From contig CM059432.1 of NCBI GenBank assembly GCA_030390025.1, positions 66,218,001 to 66,282,000 on the forward strand: a DNA stretch of 64,000 nt, given 5' to 3'. The position numbers and the translations under genes are program-made. The notes below the pieces were generated by a model, which was not told the origin of the DNA, made no database searches, and was given only the letters and a program-made list of their open reading frames with translations. Below are positions 13,716 to 26,470 of this stretch, piece by piece; the first letter of the stretch is position 1; the number at the start of each line of letters is the position of its first letter. Source of the DNA: Squalus acanthias (taxonomy: Eukaryota).

Positions 13716-14685
13716 ATTTTTTGAAAATCATTTACATGCCACCTTGACTCTTAACTAAACTGAGCGCTTCTTACTGAAAACCCCACCCCTCCCATGTAAA
13801 TTTTCTGCGAATGTAAACCAGGAATAACTGGATATTTTTTTTAAATAAAACTCTTTAGGATAGTGTTTCCATTTCTTTCCATTAGTTTGGTGCCCAGATT
13901 CCAGTGCAGTCGGCGAACGAGTGCAAAGATCGCAGAATTTTAAACATCAGTTAGTTATGCCCAAAACCACTTATGTTCGTGTTTTCCGTGATCTTTTACT
14001 CTGGTTCAAGATTAAATTCACTCGGATCAAACCCCACACACAAAACTGGCCACATCCCCAGGTCAAAATTGCGTAATATCGCCGATTGAGCCTGGTCCAG
14101 GAAGGCTCTTCAAATTGCGCTCATTTACTTAGGTGCACAGGCACCAGTAGGCACTTTTTAAAAGGTTTTTCATATCAAAAAATATTTAATTTATTAAGAA
14201 ACTGACTAGTGCACATCAATGAAACTAGTAATCGGTTCAGTATAGCTTTTTTTAAAGTCACTTTTAGTGATTTTAAATCTGGTTAGTCACAGGTAGAGGA
14301 CTGGAGAACCTTATTAAAATGCTTAATTTTGCTAATAAACCCAGTTTCAGCTGTATTAATAAAACTGCACCAGGTTACCACTCTTACTTAAATACATCAA
14401 GGATTACATTTTAATGGAAATAAATAAACAATTACGTTCCATTACGCTACCAGATTGCACTGGTTCATAGAAGATTTTACATTTGTGATTATGCTAATGA
14501 ATTTTAGCAGCAACTTGAACTGTAACCTAACCAGTGCCATTTCAAGCGCATTTTGGGTGCAACTTCCTAATTGCACCCAAAAGCGCAATTAGGAAGTTGC
14601 ACCTTTTTTCTGAGATAGCATTGACAGCAAAAATGTGTGTGCTTTATACTAGCTGACCTCTTCAAATGCAGTCGGCAAATACAGT

Positions 14686-16841
14686 GGCCTATATTTTAAT
14701 GAGCAGGAGGGTTGGGAGTGGGGGGGCTACGAAGCTGTTGGGAAACCTAGGAGAAGGGGTTTCCCGATGGCCCTGCCGAAGTTAATGGCAGGGCATGAAT
14801 TGCATGGGGAATCTCTGTTTCCCACCCGCAGCCAGCCAGATGGAGAGGCTGGCTGACTGCAGGCGGGTAGGCCTGTGGCACAAGGACGCAGAGCAGAGGG
14901 AGGGAGAGATCGCGTGGTGACCGGGGGGTGGCCAGAGGAGTGCGGGAGGGCTGGAGGGGGTGGGGTGGTTGGCAATGATCAGAGGGCTGGGGGAGCGGCA
15001 GGGGGGAGTGTGGATATCAGCAATGATCAGAGGGCCGGAGGAGCAGGAGGGGAGGGTCAGCAACGGTCGGGGGATTGGAGGAGCAGAGGGTGGGGGGGTG
15101 GTGGCAGGGTTGGTAACGATCGGATGGCCGGAGAATCGGGGACGCGGGATTGGCAACGATTGGAGGCCAGAGCGGAATGATTGGGTGCCAGCGGAGTGCG
15201 GTTGTAGGGGGCGGAGGGGGGGGGGTGGCGGCAAGGAGGGTTAGCATCAGAGGACCTGAGGGCCAGTGAGCAACAGAGGGCCTGAGGAGAGGGAGGGGGA
15301 CCGGGTGAGCCTGGCGGGCCAGGAGTAGCACCACGGAGGGCAGGAGCAGCAGATCGGGGGGCCGGAGCAGCAGATCGGGGGGCCGGAGCAGCAGATCAGG
15401 GGGCCGGAGCAGCAGATCTGGGGGCCGGAGCAGCAGATCGAGGGGGCCGGAGCAGCAGATCGGGGGGGCCGGAGCAGCAGATCGAGGGGGCCGGAGCAGC
15501 AGATCGGGGGGCTGGAGCAGCAGATCGGGGGGCCGGAGCAGCAGATCGGGGGGCCGGAGCAGCAGATCGAGGAGGCCGGAGCAGCAGATCGGGGGGGCCG
15601 GAGCAGCAGATCGAGGGGGCCGGAGCAGCAGATCGGGGGGCTGGAGCAGCATGCGGGGGGGAGGCCTCGTGGAGGAGATCGGAAGCCACATGGGGGGGTC
15701 TCCGATTGCAGAGGGTGGGTTAGGCAGGGACGCTGGATCTAGGAGGTAAGTGTTAAGGCACTTACCTCCTGGATCCAACAGTCCTCGCCTTACTTTAGCA
15801 GGCAGGTTTCACGAGGCTTGCAAAACCCTGTTAAACACTGTTAGATTTAAAATAGAGGTAAAAGCAGAGGCTTCCAGCCTCATTATAATTTTTAAATAGG
15901 TGACCCGCCTCCTGAGAGCGGGTTGGCTGCAAGCCGTTTCCATTAAAACTGGAAGTGGACGGGTTGGAGGCGGGTCCAGGTCAGGACTCAGGCCTGAATT
16001 TTAATGGGGAAGGTGCGTTGGGAGCGGGGCTGCTCCGAAGCGTTCGGGAAACCCAGGAGAGCGGGTTTCCCGCAGAGGCATAATTTGCATGTGAAACCTC
16101 TGTTTCCCACCTGCAGCCAGCCGGAGTGAGAGGCTGGCTGGTTCTGGCTGGGTAGGCCTGCGGCACTAGGCCGCAGAGAGGAGGACGGGAGGGATCGCGT
16201 GGGGCTGGGGGGCGGCCGGAGGAACATGGCGGGGGTTGTCAATGAGAATTGGGGCCCGGGACCAGCACGGAGGAGGGGGAGGGGTCGATGAGGATCGGGG
16301 GCTGGGACCAGCACGAGGAGGGGGTGGGGGGTGCAGTAACGTGAGGATCTGGGGCTGGAGGAGCGGGGGTTGGGGGGGGTGGTCGCGTGAGGATCAGGGG
16401 CCGGAGGAGCAGATCTGGAGCTTGAGGAGCTGATCGGGGGCCAGAGGAGCATGGCGGGTGGAGGAGTGGCGGGGTGGGGGCAGGCAGATGACATCAGAGG
16501 GTTGGAGGAGCATGGGGATTGTGGGGGTGTGGGTTAGGTAGGGACGCTGGATCCAGGAGGTAAGTATAAAGGCATTTACCTCCTGCATCCAGCAGTCCTC
16601 GCCTTCGATTAGCAAATGCTAAATTCAAAATGGCGGTTAAATCAGAGGCTTTCAGCCTCATTATAATATTTAAATGGGAGGCCTGCCTCCTGGGAGCGGG
16701 TTGGCTGCCCGTCCCGCCTTCGTTAAAACTGGAAGTGGGCGGGTTGGAGGCGAGTTCTGGTTGGGATTCAGATTTTTAACACTTCAACTTCCCACACAAC
16801 GCCAACCCACCTGGGTTTTTTTTTAGATTAAAATTCCCCCC
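14686..16841. mobile_element. Harbinger-type non-autonomous element, head-to-tail dimer (second unit starts at 15991), GC-rich
   Basis: Termini GGCCTATATTTT / AAAATTCCCCCC; TSD AGT (14683-14685, 16842-16844). Unit 2 starts GGCCTGAATTTTAATG and parallels unit 1. Confidence 0.75.
15342..15650. repeat. Minisatellite, 20-22-bp unit GGGGGCCGGAGCAGCAGATC(G/GA), about 15 copies
   Basis: Directly visible tandem array; explains the repetitive ORFs 15017-15778 and 15396-15689. Confidence 0.95.
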
Positions 16842-17530
16842 AGTAAGTCAAATGAATACATACAGCTGAGGAGAAAGCCATCAAGTTGGAATGACTCAGA
16901 GCTGGTCTTTATACTTTGTAATATTTTCTCAATGATCAAGGCAGCTGCCTTTTTTTATTTACGTTTAATAGCTCAACTACAGTTGAATTGGCTAACATCC
17001 ACAGAAGGTAGATTATGTGCAGCTTTAAAAAGATGTGAATAGGTGCAGTAGCGAATCTGAAGAACACCATGAAATAAACCATGGCATTGCTGGGTCAAAG
17101 TTCCTCTACTTGATATAATTATCAAGGAGGTTGCTCTTTTTAAGGAACAAGAACCAACATGGCTGAATGAGCCAAGCATTTAGTACCCATTTTGTATGAG
17201 TGCTAATCTCCAGCACTGCTGTTCAAGTATGCTGTTCAAATACAACATTATGGGGCAAGGACTTCATTAACATTTTTTGAGGCTTTAATAAGCCTAGAAT
17301 ATGCCTGGAGTGCAGGCCATCAGAGCCACAGGTGCTTTTCCACGACATTATCCTACATTATGCACAACAGGTGGTCAGCAGGCATCAATGTTCAATGATG
17401 CCAGTCCATTGTATCCATGGTGCATCACCATGGATAACAAGCATTACATTATCAGCCCTGTGCTTTGAAACAAGATGGAGTCTAAGGTCCATCTCAGTTA
17501 TGCTGTACTAAATCACTTGCTCAGATCGTG

Positions 17531-17730
17531 GGGTATATTTTCCAAACAGTGAAGGGCAGGTATGAATGTTTAAGCTGCTTGTATTATATTCCTCCATGTG
17601 CTAGTTTAAGTCAGGCATTAACCCATTCAAAACAAAAGGGCCAATGCCTGCCTGAGAATAGCACATGGAGGAGTGTAGTACAAGCCCCTTAAATATTTGT
17701 ACATGAACTTTGCTGGTCATGAAACATACC
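17531..17730. repeat. Old palindromic (fold-back) element, probably a MITE relic
   Basis: CTTGTATTATATTCCTCCATGTGCTA..CAGGCATT pairs with AATGCCTG..TAGCACATGGAGGAGTGTAGTACAAG; outer ends GGGTATATTTTC / GAAACATACC. Confidence 0.6.
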
Positions 17731-18230
17731 ATTACATGAATTGCTCACAGCTATGGCAGACTGGAAATTATATATTGTTTAACTATATTGATATTATCAA
17801 CTGCTAAAAAGTCATTGTAAATTGTGAAGTACAGCGAAGTGTTTAAAATGGTGATCATGCTAGTCAGTAAATATGTACTCCTTATCATGTGAGTTATTTT
17901 TTGCTCCAAACTATCCAATCTGGTATCAAATAATTTGTTAGTTTTTCTTCTGATTTTTAGTTTAGCTCAACTTAAAAATGTCCCTCTCTGGCACCGTCTC
18001 TCAGTATTTTAAGGGAATTTCAACAGTCTATAACAAGGATTGTACAATAGAAACTCTACATTGTGTAAGTGAGCACTATAGTACAGTCCTTGCAAAAGGA
18101 AAGCCAGACACCAGCCTATAAACTGAAAATGGGCAAAAGAAAGACAGAGGAGAGAGACAACAGGGAAGTAAGCATGTTAATTATTCCTCCTTCTCTTTAT
18201 TTAAAAGGCCTTAAAGATGTTTTAAATTAC

Positions 18231-18363
18231 CTTTACCAGAGGACTTGTCTTCCTCCTGTGTGCCCAATGGCTTCTCAGTACTCCTTTGTTTTCTCATGCT
18301 GGTCTTGTGATTTTTAACTGCTCTCACCACCACAACGCTCTGTTCCTCGGTCCTCATAGCTGC
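18231..18363 (-). CDS. Candidate coding exon of an unidentified host gene (AAMRTEEQSV...EDKSSGK), phase 0 to 1
   Basis: CCCTTTAG acceptor and AAG|GTAATT donor; only one frame is open; lies in non-repetitive sequence. Confidence 0.4.
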
Positions 18364-19544
18364 CTAAAGGGTATCCAAATTGTAATTAATGTTTTTACTT
18401 AAGTTATAAACGTTTGCGAAGTTTCTTTATGGTCACAGCTACAATTTGAGGTATTTTTTACCCAATGAGATTAAGAATAGCTATGAATCTTAAAACTGAA
18501 AATAATGGAAGTTCCTAAAAGTTCAGGAGGGAGAATTTCATGTGAAGAGAAGGGGAAGTAGCTCAATGCTACTCACCACTCTGAACAACCTAAACTGAAG
18601 ACATGGTAACAGCATTCACTCAGTGGTACTAAAAAGAATATGTTGCTGATTTTTACTTTATTGATAGTTTCGAAACTATGATCAGGAGATTTCACACAAT
18701 CAGGCTTTTCAAACTAACAGTGAATTTGGATTCCCATACCTTTTAACCATACATGAAAATGACTGAATACTTGTAAATAGGAAGTGATAATTTCTTTGAA
18801 ATACTGTATACGCCAGCTAAGCAATAATACTCTAATATTAAAAAATTCTAAGAGATCCAATTTGCTAGGTTATTAATCCACAATAGTGACTGAACAGTGA
18901 CTGTGAGAGAAATAAGCAACATATATCCAGGTATCTCTACACACATGCCCATTTGGTGCTCGCAGCTCGCTGGTGGTACGGTAATGAGGCCTGAACCCGA
19001 ATTTGGTTTGAGCCTCACATCAGCACGAACAGGCGAGCAGAGGGACTGCACCAGCGACTTGGCCCACTTTGGGCGGCAGTCAAATTTCGGCCCCTTTGTT
19101 TCATCATTCCAAATATTAACCGAAAGAATGGCAGCAAAGGGCTCGAGATCAACTTCAAATAAAGACATGAAGGGCATAGTGGCTGTGCATGCTGACGTGT
19201 AAGCCAGCAAACATTCTCATTGGCTGCTATATCACGGTGTGCTTTCGACCCTCGGCCTCTCAATCTGCCAATCATTGCTGCACATTCAGCCTGAGCCCAC
19301 TTTTACATCTGCTTATTATTGCTGATTAGGCTTGTGCTTACTGTATTTAGATATTTTTTTCTCCCTAATCTACTGTACAATGATGTGACAGCGCTACTAT
19401 TGATTCAAGGAAGCCAAAAGTTGCTTGAGCATGTCACCAGCTAGGGGTGTATGCACAGAAAACAGGTTTTGGAGGTGTCAGCAGTGCCACTCAGGCTGGC
19501 TGTAGTTTAGAGCTTGGTTGTGCAAACTTTGCTGCTGAAATTGA

Positions 19545-19705
19545 AATTTCCAAGGCAGAGGGCAACAGATTTTTGTTAGCTAAGGGTATCAAGGGATATG
19601 GATCAAACGCGGGTAAAAGGCATTGAGGTACAGATCAGCCATGATCTAATTAAATGGCAGAACAGGCTCGAGGGGTTGGATGGACTACTCATGTTTCTAT
19701 GTTCG
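19545..19705 (+). mobile_element. CR1 3'UTR fragment
   Basis: GATCAGCCATGATCTAATT..GGCTCGAGGGG..ATGTTTCTATGTT. Confidence 0.75.
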
Positions 19706-20152
19706 CTAATTAGATCCTGTGTTTAGAGCATCATTACATTTGTGATAGGCTATGAGGATCTGTGAGAGCGTGACAACAAAACCAGGGGCCCTCCACACAG
19801 GAAAGGGTGAAATCCAATGCTTTAGTAGATTTTAGATCCTGTCTTGGGAGCGTGGCCTCTGTGTGCGACTCTCTACCTTTTACACTCCACATTGGGACTT
19901 GGTTGGGAGCAGCTGGAATCTGCCATGTAATATTGTAAAAGCACCTAAACCAAATGTTATTTTAAACCACGTTTTGAAGTTTGATTCTCCCAGGCCACAT
20001 GCCATTCCCGGCAAAGATGGTGGGCAGTCAGTCTCCTCTCAGTATTCTGTGAGCAAGTTGTGTGAGGGTGGCTTGGGGCAGGGCATAAGTCTGGAGAGAG
20101 ATGTGCAAATGAGGGCTGATTAACACCAATTGCATAAACAGTCTCTACATAT

Positions 20153-21884
20153 ATCAAAAAATGTCGGAAATACTCAGCAGGTCACGCAGCATCTGTGGAG
20201 AGAGATACAGAGTTAACGGGGGGAATTTTATCAATGGGTGCGTGTTGGAGGCGGGACTGCTGCTTGTCGGGTTTCAGTCCCACCCCCAACGATGTCTAGC
20301 CAGCCCACGCTATTTTCCCTTGATTGACCTTGTTAAGCCCGCCCTGCGGGCTCAGCAGGCCAATTAAGGGAAAGCCGGTGACAGAGAACGTCAGCGTATG
20401 ACGTTTCATCTGTTAAAATCTTTTGACGGATGAATGGTCATCGTTTGACATCTTTGAGAAGCTGTCAAACACTGACAATCTCTGTTCTTTGGAGAGTCCT
20501 TGTACTCAAGACTCACCAAACCTCTTTCCTGAGCAGAAATCAGATGGCTGTTGCATCGGAAAATGCAGCAGCCATTCTGTCATCTCTGCCGTGGAGATGA
20601 GGGGCCTCCGGATCCCCAACGATTGAAGCCTGCAGGAAGAAACAAAGGTAAGGAAACTTTTCTAACACTTTTCACTTACCTCCCATTCTTACCTCTCCAC
20701 ACTTGCACCCATCACTCACCTCCACAGCGCACTTTTTAAACCCTCTGACCCCCGCAGATCCACTGCTCACCTCACTGACCCTGGTGGGGTTTCCCGATGA
20801 TGGGAAGCCCGCACTTGTGTTGGTAAAATGGGGATAAGCCTCTTACCTGCCTGTTAACTACCTGTTAACAGGCAGTTAAGTGGCTATAATCCCCTTCCTG
20901 CCTCGAGGAGACGGGTCCCAGCGCGAGTCAGGGACCCGCCTCCTGGGAAGATGGCACGGAGGCGGGTTGGGGGCAGGTTCGGTACCCGCTCCCAGTTTCT
21001 GCCATTTTCCCAGCAGTCCCGCCTCCAAACCCACCTCCCAGGGCTGGCAAAATTGCACCCAACGTTTCAGGTCGATGTCCTTTCATCAGAACTGAAAAAC
21101 GTTAGAGATGTAACAGGTTTTAAGCAAGTGCGGGGACAGAGAAAGGGGGGAGGGGAGGAAAAAACAAAAGGGAAGCTCTGTGATAGGGTGGAAGCCAGGA
21201 AAGATTAAATGACAAAAGGGATGGTTTAATGATAAAAAGGATGATGGTGCAAGGCAAAAGGGGGTGGAAATGGGACAAGTAAAGAAATAAAAGATGGGTC
21301 TAGAAGGGGTGTAAATGGGAATAGCAGAATCATCAACAGCTGCCGTCCGGAAAAATGGGGGCAGAGTTTATGATCTGAAATTGTTGAACTCAATGTTGAG
21401 TCCGGAAGGCTGTAAAGTGCCTAATCGAAAGATGAGGTGCTGTTCCTCGAGCTCATGTTGAACTTTGTTGGAACAGTGTAAGAGGCCGAGGATAGAGAGA
21501 TCAGAGTGGGAGTGGAGCGGAGAATTAAAGTGACGGGCGACCGGAAGCTCAGGGTCATGCTTGCGGACTCAACGTAGGCATTACACAAAGCGGTCACCTA
21601 ATCTGCATTTGATCTCCCCAAAGTAGAGGAGACCGCAATATGAGCAGCGAATATAGCATACTAAATTGAAAAAAGCGCAAGTAAATCGCTGTTTCACCTG
21701 GAAGGAGTGTTTGGAGCCCAGGATGATGCGAAGGGAGGAGGTAAAAGGATAGGTGTTACATCTCCTGCTCTTGCACGGGAAGGTGCCGTGGGAGAGGGAG
21801 GGGGTATTGGGGGTAATAGAGGAGTGAACCAGGGTGTTACAGAAGGAACAGTCCCTTTGGAATGCTGAAAGGGGAGCGGAGGGG
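20153..21884 (-). mobile_element. Penelope-like element, arm 1 (GIY-YIG endonuclease end and pLTR with HHR); continues at 25137 to ~25490
   Basis: Minus strand encodes decayed HGTFPCKSRRCNT..FTCAFFNLVCYIRCS..RHFNS..LGTLQPSGLNIEFNNF; HHR core CTGATGA..GAAACGTT at 21061-21094. Confidence 0.85.
20218..21060. mobile_element. Harbinger-type MITE inserted in the Penelope HHR
   Basis: Termini GGGGGGAATTTT / AAAATTGCACCC; TSD AAC (20215-20217, 21061-21063). Right end resembles that of 26192-32367. Confidence 0.85.
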
Positions 21885-22224
21885 TGTGAAGGAATAGCCA
21901 GGATTCAGAAAAATGCACGATACTAAAAACAGATTTCTGAAATTATTAATAAATGAAATACTGGGTTTAAAAGTCTGAAAGCCTCGGCGACACAGGCTGT
22001 AGGCACAATACAGGCTTTTGAGATAAAGATCAGTTATTCACAAGTTGTAAAACACCACAGGCTTTGAAATGGGAATGGGTTATTGACCAAGAAACAAGCC
22101 CTATTGATAAAGCAAAGGTTTGCTTCCAGAGCATCTGAACATTGGAATCAAAACAATGGAATGACCCAAGTAAAGTGTTATAATCTAACACGTCGAACAG
22201 GTGCACAGAACATTAAAAAACCAA

Positions 22225-23115
22225 GGGGTAGAAATTAGGTCGCGCCCCATTTGGGGCGCAAATATCGTCCGGACGCAAATATTAGCGCCTGGCGCTAATT
22301 ATCGGCACTGACAGGAAACTTCACTTTTACCGCCCCGGGAGGTGAGTGGAGCGCTAAAGCAGGCGCTGCACACCTCTCTTAAGGCGCAAAGGCCGAGCAG
22401 TGAGGCGCTACCTCAGAGCGCTGGCGAAGCTCATGTAATGTCAGTCAGCAATGGAACACACACACAATGGCACGGGCCAGTTCTTAAAGGGGATGGTTAA
22501 TCTTGCTTTCCATCCACATCCTGTTCATTGCAGCCTTGAATCTCGGCCTGGAGAGACTTGCACATCAAATGTGCTGGAAAGAACAATGGAGAGTACCACG
22601 CAAAGAGCTCAGAGTGCAGCTCCCACAGTCTCTGCTAAATCGATACAAGGAATGGCAAATCAAAATGAACCTGCAAAGTGCTGCTCAGTACCCAAAGCTC
22701 CTTCACACAACATTGAATCTCTCCAGAAGTCTCTCTCTCTCTCTCTCAGAATGCGTAGTTCAAAAATGCCACCAACAATAAAAGACAGGAAGAGGCCCCC
22801 TTTAAATAGCGCCCCCCCCAGCCCCACAGCGATTGATAGCGTTCCAGTCTTCTGGTTGTTGGAAGCGCCAGGCGGTAAGGCAGGGGGCGCCACTCAATTT
22901 CCGCTACGGGGCGCCACAAGGGCGTTGCACCATGGAATGACGTCACAATCTGCGCGCGCAGGTGGTCGCAGCGGTAAGTTTTAGCGCCGCCGCACAATCT
23001 CAAGTTAAGTTCTCGAGCGGCGCAAACATCGCTGCACCCGGGCGTTAGCGGCTTTGCGCCCCATTAGCGCCCTCTTAAGGCGCTAACGGGAGGCGCAACC
23101 AAGTGAATTTTTACC
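22225..23115. mobile_element. Harbinger-type MITE, sibling of 23282-24173
   Basis: GGGGTAGAAATT / AATTTTTACC termini; collinear with the next copy. Confidence 0.8.
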
Positions 23116-23281
23116 AGTGCCTTTGAAAAAATGACATCAAGTAAGAAATACCTGTCGTAAAATAGTTTTATGTTAAACTTAAAGACAGGAAACACGATTA
23201 AATATGCAACCAATTGAGATAGCTAGAAAACAAGTAAACACTGAGTTAAAGTGTTTTCAATTTACATATTGTAAACAGAAA

Positions 23282-24173
23282 GGGGGAGAAATTCAGTATC
23301 GCCCCATTTGGGGCGCAATTATCGGCCGGGTGCAAAGATTAGCACCTGGCACTAATTATCGCCACCGACTGCAAACTTGACTTTTATCGCCCCTGGAGGT
23401 GATTGGAGCGCTAAATCAGGCGCTTCACACCTGTCTTAAGGCGCAAAGGCCGAGGAGCGAGGCGCTACCTCAGAGCGCTGGCGAAGCTCATGTAATGTCA
23501 GTCAGCAATGGAACACACACACAATGGCATGGGCCAGTTCTTAAAGGGGATGGTTAATCTCACTTTCCATCCACATCCTGCTAATTGCAGCCTTGAATCT
23601 CAGCCTGGAGAGACCTGCACATCAAATCTGCTGGAAAGAACAATGGAGAGTACCAGGCAAAGAGCTCAGAGTGCAGCCCCACCGTCTCTTCTAAATCGAT
23701 ACAAGGAATGGCGAATCAAAATGAACCTGCAAAGTGCTACTCAGTACCCAAAACTCCTTCACACAACATTGAAACTCTCCAGAAGTCTCTCTCTCTCTCT
23801 CTCAGAATGCGTAGTTCAAAAATGGCACCAACAATAAAAGGCAGGAAGCGGTCACCTTTAAATAACGCTCCCCCTTTCCCTTCATGACTGCAGAACGCTC
23901 CACTCAAACTGTCGTTGCTAGCGTCAGGCGGTAAGGCAGGGGGCGCCACTCAATATTCGCTCCGGGGCGATACCGGGGCGTTGCGCACTCGACTGACGTC
24001 ACGATCTGCCAGCACAGGAGATCGTGGTGGTAGTGTTTAGTGCCGCCGCAAAATGTCTAGTTAATTTCACGAGCGGCGCAAACTTCGCCGCGTCTGGGCG
24101 CTAGATGCTTTGCGTCCCATTAGCGCCCTCTTAAGGCGCTAACAGGAGGCGCAACCAACTGAATTTTTCCCCC
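23282..24173. mobile_element. Harbinger-type MITE
   Basis: GGGGGAGAAATT / AATTTTTCCCCC TIRs; TSD AAA. Confidence 0.85.
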
Positions 24174-25499
24174 AAAGACTTTGAAAATTACATCAATGGA
24201 TGCACCAAGCAATTACATTGTTCTTGGATTGAACTTGGAATGCCACGGAGTCACAACGTCTGATAAAGACCAGTTAAAGTAGTATTAGAAATTCAATAGA
24301 CAGACTTCATAAGAATTGCATCAAACAGAAACCATTGCTGTCATTGTGTTTATGATGGTTTTGGAAACACCTAAACAGGACACAAGTCTAAAAGCTGACA
24401 GCTGAAATGACAGTAAAGAATAGAACAAAGTCAGCAAAGAATGACTTGACATAATTAGCTTATATCAGCACGAATACTTCAAAGGATAAACCACCCAAAA
24501 AAGATATAAAAATGAGAGCTTTTCAGATGGAAAGTCAGAAGTCGCTGGGAAGACAAGCGTTTCTCAACTTTACAGACATTCTCTGTAAGTTTACAACTTT
24601 TGAGTCTCGGGCAATCAAGGTATTTGATTTTGGTGGATATTCTGGATTAAGAAATAAGTAGAAGTGTGGAAATGTAATGAAGTTAAGATTTGAGAATAAA
24701 GATCTGAGAATAAGATAATGTAAGCTATTTGTATTTTGAACGATTAAAGTTGCGATTGCCAAAATAAATGTTATCTAAATGTCGGTTCATTAATAAATCC
24801 ATATATTTTTAGAATAGTCTCAAAGAGTATTTCTGTATCATCTTGTGAACTCAAATTCTGTACACTCAAAGGAGTTGCAGAATTCTGGGGGGTATTCCGG
24901 ACCCTTATAATATCCGGAAGGTTACAGTCTAGTTAAACTTATTAAAAGTACTATCTGGAGGACGGTAACATCTTTAGACCGTTTCTTTCCTTTAGGGAGA
25001 GGTAGTCTGACCTTTAGACCCAATTAAGCGTCTTATAGGATCCGACTACCGCAAACTTTAGTTGAAGGTAAACGTCTAGGGAATACACCTGATCTGGGGT
25101 AGTCCGAAAGGGCTAGGACTTGTAATTATCCCTTCAGGGGAAGATGTGTTTGGTGGTAGGATCATGCTGGAGCTAGCGGAAGTGTGGGAAATGGAACAGA
25201 CATGGTCGAGGGCCCTGCCAATCACGATGGTGGGGAATCCTCAGCATCATCAGAACAGATGCGACGGAGACGGAGAAACTGGGAGAATGGAATTGAGTTC
25301 TTACACGAAGCTAGGTGGGAGAAACCGTAATCAAGGTAGCTGTGGGAGTCAGTGGGCTTATAGTGGATATTGGTCAAAAGCCTATTCCCAGAAATGGAGA
25401 CAGAGAAGTCGAGGAAGAGAAGGGAAGAGTTGTAGATTGACCATGTGAAGGCGAGGGAAGGGTGGAAATTGGAAGCAAAGTTGAGGAAGACATATTGGA

Positions 25500-26191
25500 A
25501 GTACTAGGATTTCACTCCACCATGGTTGACTGGCCCCTCAACTGTGTCTATTTGATTTATTGCACTTCTGCTCTCACCCCTTCCCCTCCCTCCCAGGACC
25601 ATGATAGGGTTCCCCTTGGCCTCACTTCCCATCCCATCAGCCTTCACATTCAACGGATCATCCTCCGTCATTTCCGCCACCTCCACCGTGATCCCACCTA
25701 CGTTCAGTCCGCAAGCGTAATCCTGAGCTTCCAGTCACCTGTCACTTTAATTCTCCACTCCACTCCCACTCTGACCTCTCTATCCTCGCCCTCTTACACT
25801 GTTCCAATGAAGTTCAATGGAAGATCAAGGAACAGCACCTCATCTTTCGATTAGGCACTTTGCAGCCTTCCAGACTCAACATTGAGTTCAACAATTTCAG
25901 ATCAGATCCTCTGCCAACATTTTTTCAGACAGCAGATGCTGATTCTGCCATTCCCATTTACACCTCCTCTAGACCCATCTTTTGTTTCTTTACTTGTTCC
26001 ATTACCATCTCCTTTTGCCTTGCATCGTCATCCCTTTTGTCATTCAATCTCTCCTGCCTTCCACCCCATCACAGACCTTCCCTTTTGTTCTTTCCTCCCA
26101 TCCCCCCTTTCCCTGCCTCTGTACCTGCTTAAAATCTGTTACATCTGTAACATTTTCCAGTTTTGATGAAAGGTCATCGACCTGAAACGTT
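25500..26191 (+). mobile_element. Penelope-like element, arm 2 (inverted relative to arm 1, internally deleted); ends at 32368 to ~32472
   Basis: Reverse complement of arm 1; encodes DRVPLGLTSHP and LQPSRLNIEFNNFRS; HHR-like TTGATGAAAGGTCATCGACCTGAAACGTT at 26163-26191. Confidence 0.85.
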
Positions 26192-26470
26192 GGGTTCGAT
26201 TTTGCCATTGGGGGTGGGATGCGGCATGTCAGATGGTTTTCGTGTCAGGACCCCGACTCCGTTGTGAAGTGGGAAAAAAGTGCGATTTTGCCCGAATTGG
26301 GCACTTGATTTCCAGCGTGTGGAAACGCCTGGCCCAATGAGTCTTTTCATACAGAAAGTCGCCTCCGATGACGTCATCAATGCTGCTGGATTTAAGGCCT
26401 GCAAGCAGCCTTGCTTCTTCTGAGACTTTAAATTTTATACCCATTGTTGTGATCGCTTCATTCAGCAACT

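Larger units (their letters stand above)
21885..25136 (+). mobile_element. Long solo LTR (~1.47 kb net) carrying two MITEs
   Basis: TG...CA ends with TGAAGG/CCTTCA inverted repeat; 4-bp TSD GGGG (21881-21884, 25137-25140); TATAAAA near 24505; AATAAA near 24695 and 24763; Penelope sequence resumes after it. Confidence 0.75.

Noticed and set aside
13890..14640. Possible older MITE with an internal palindrome (similar relics near 32595-33350 and 48430-49450)
   Set aside because: TIR pairs and TSDs could not be established.
15017..15778. 253-aa Pro/Leu-rich ORF
   Set aside because: Translation of a GC-rich minisatellite.
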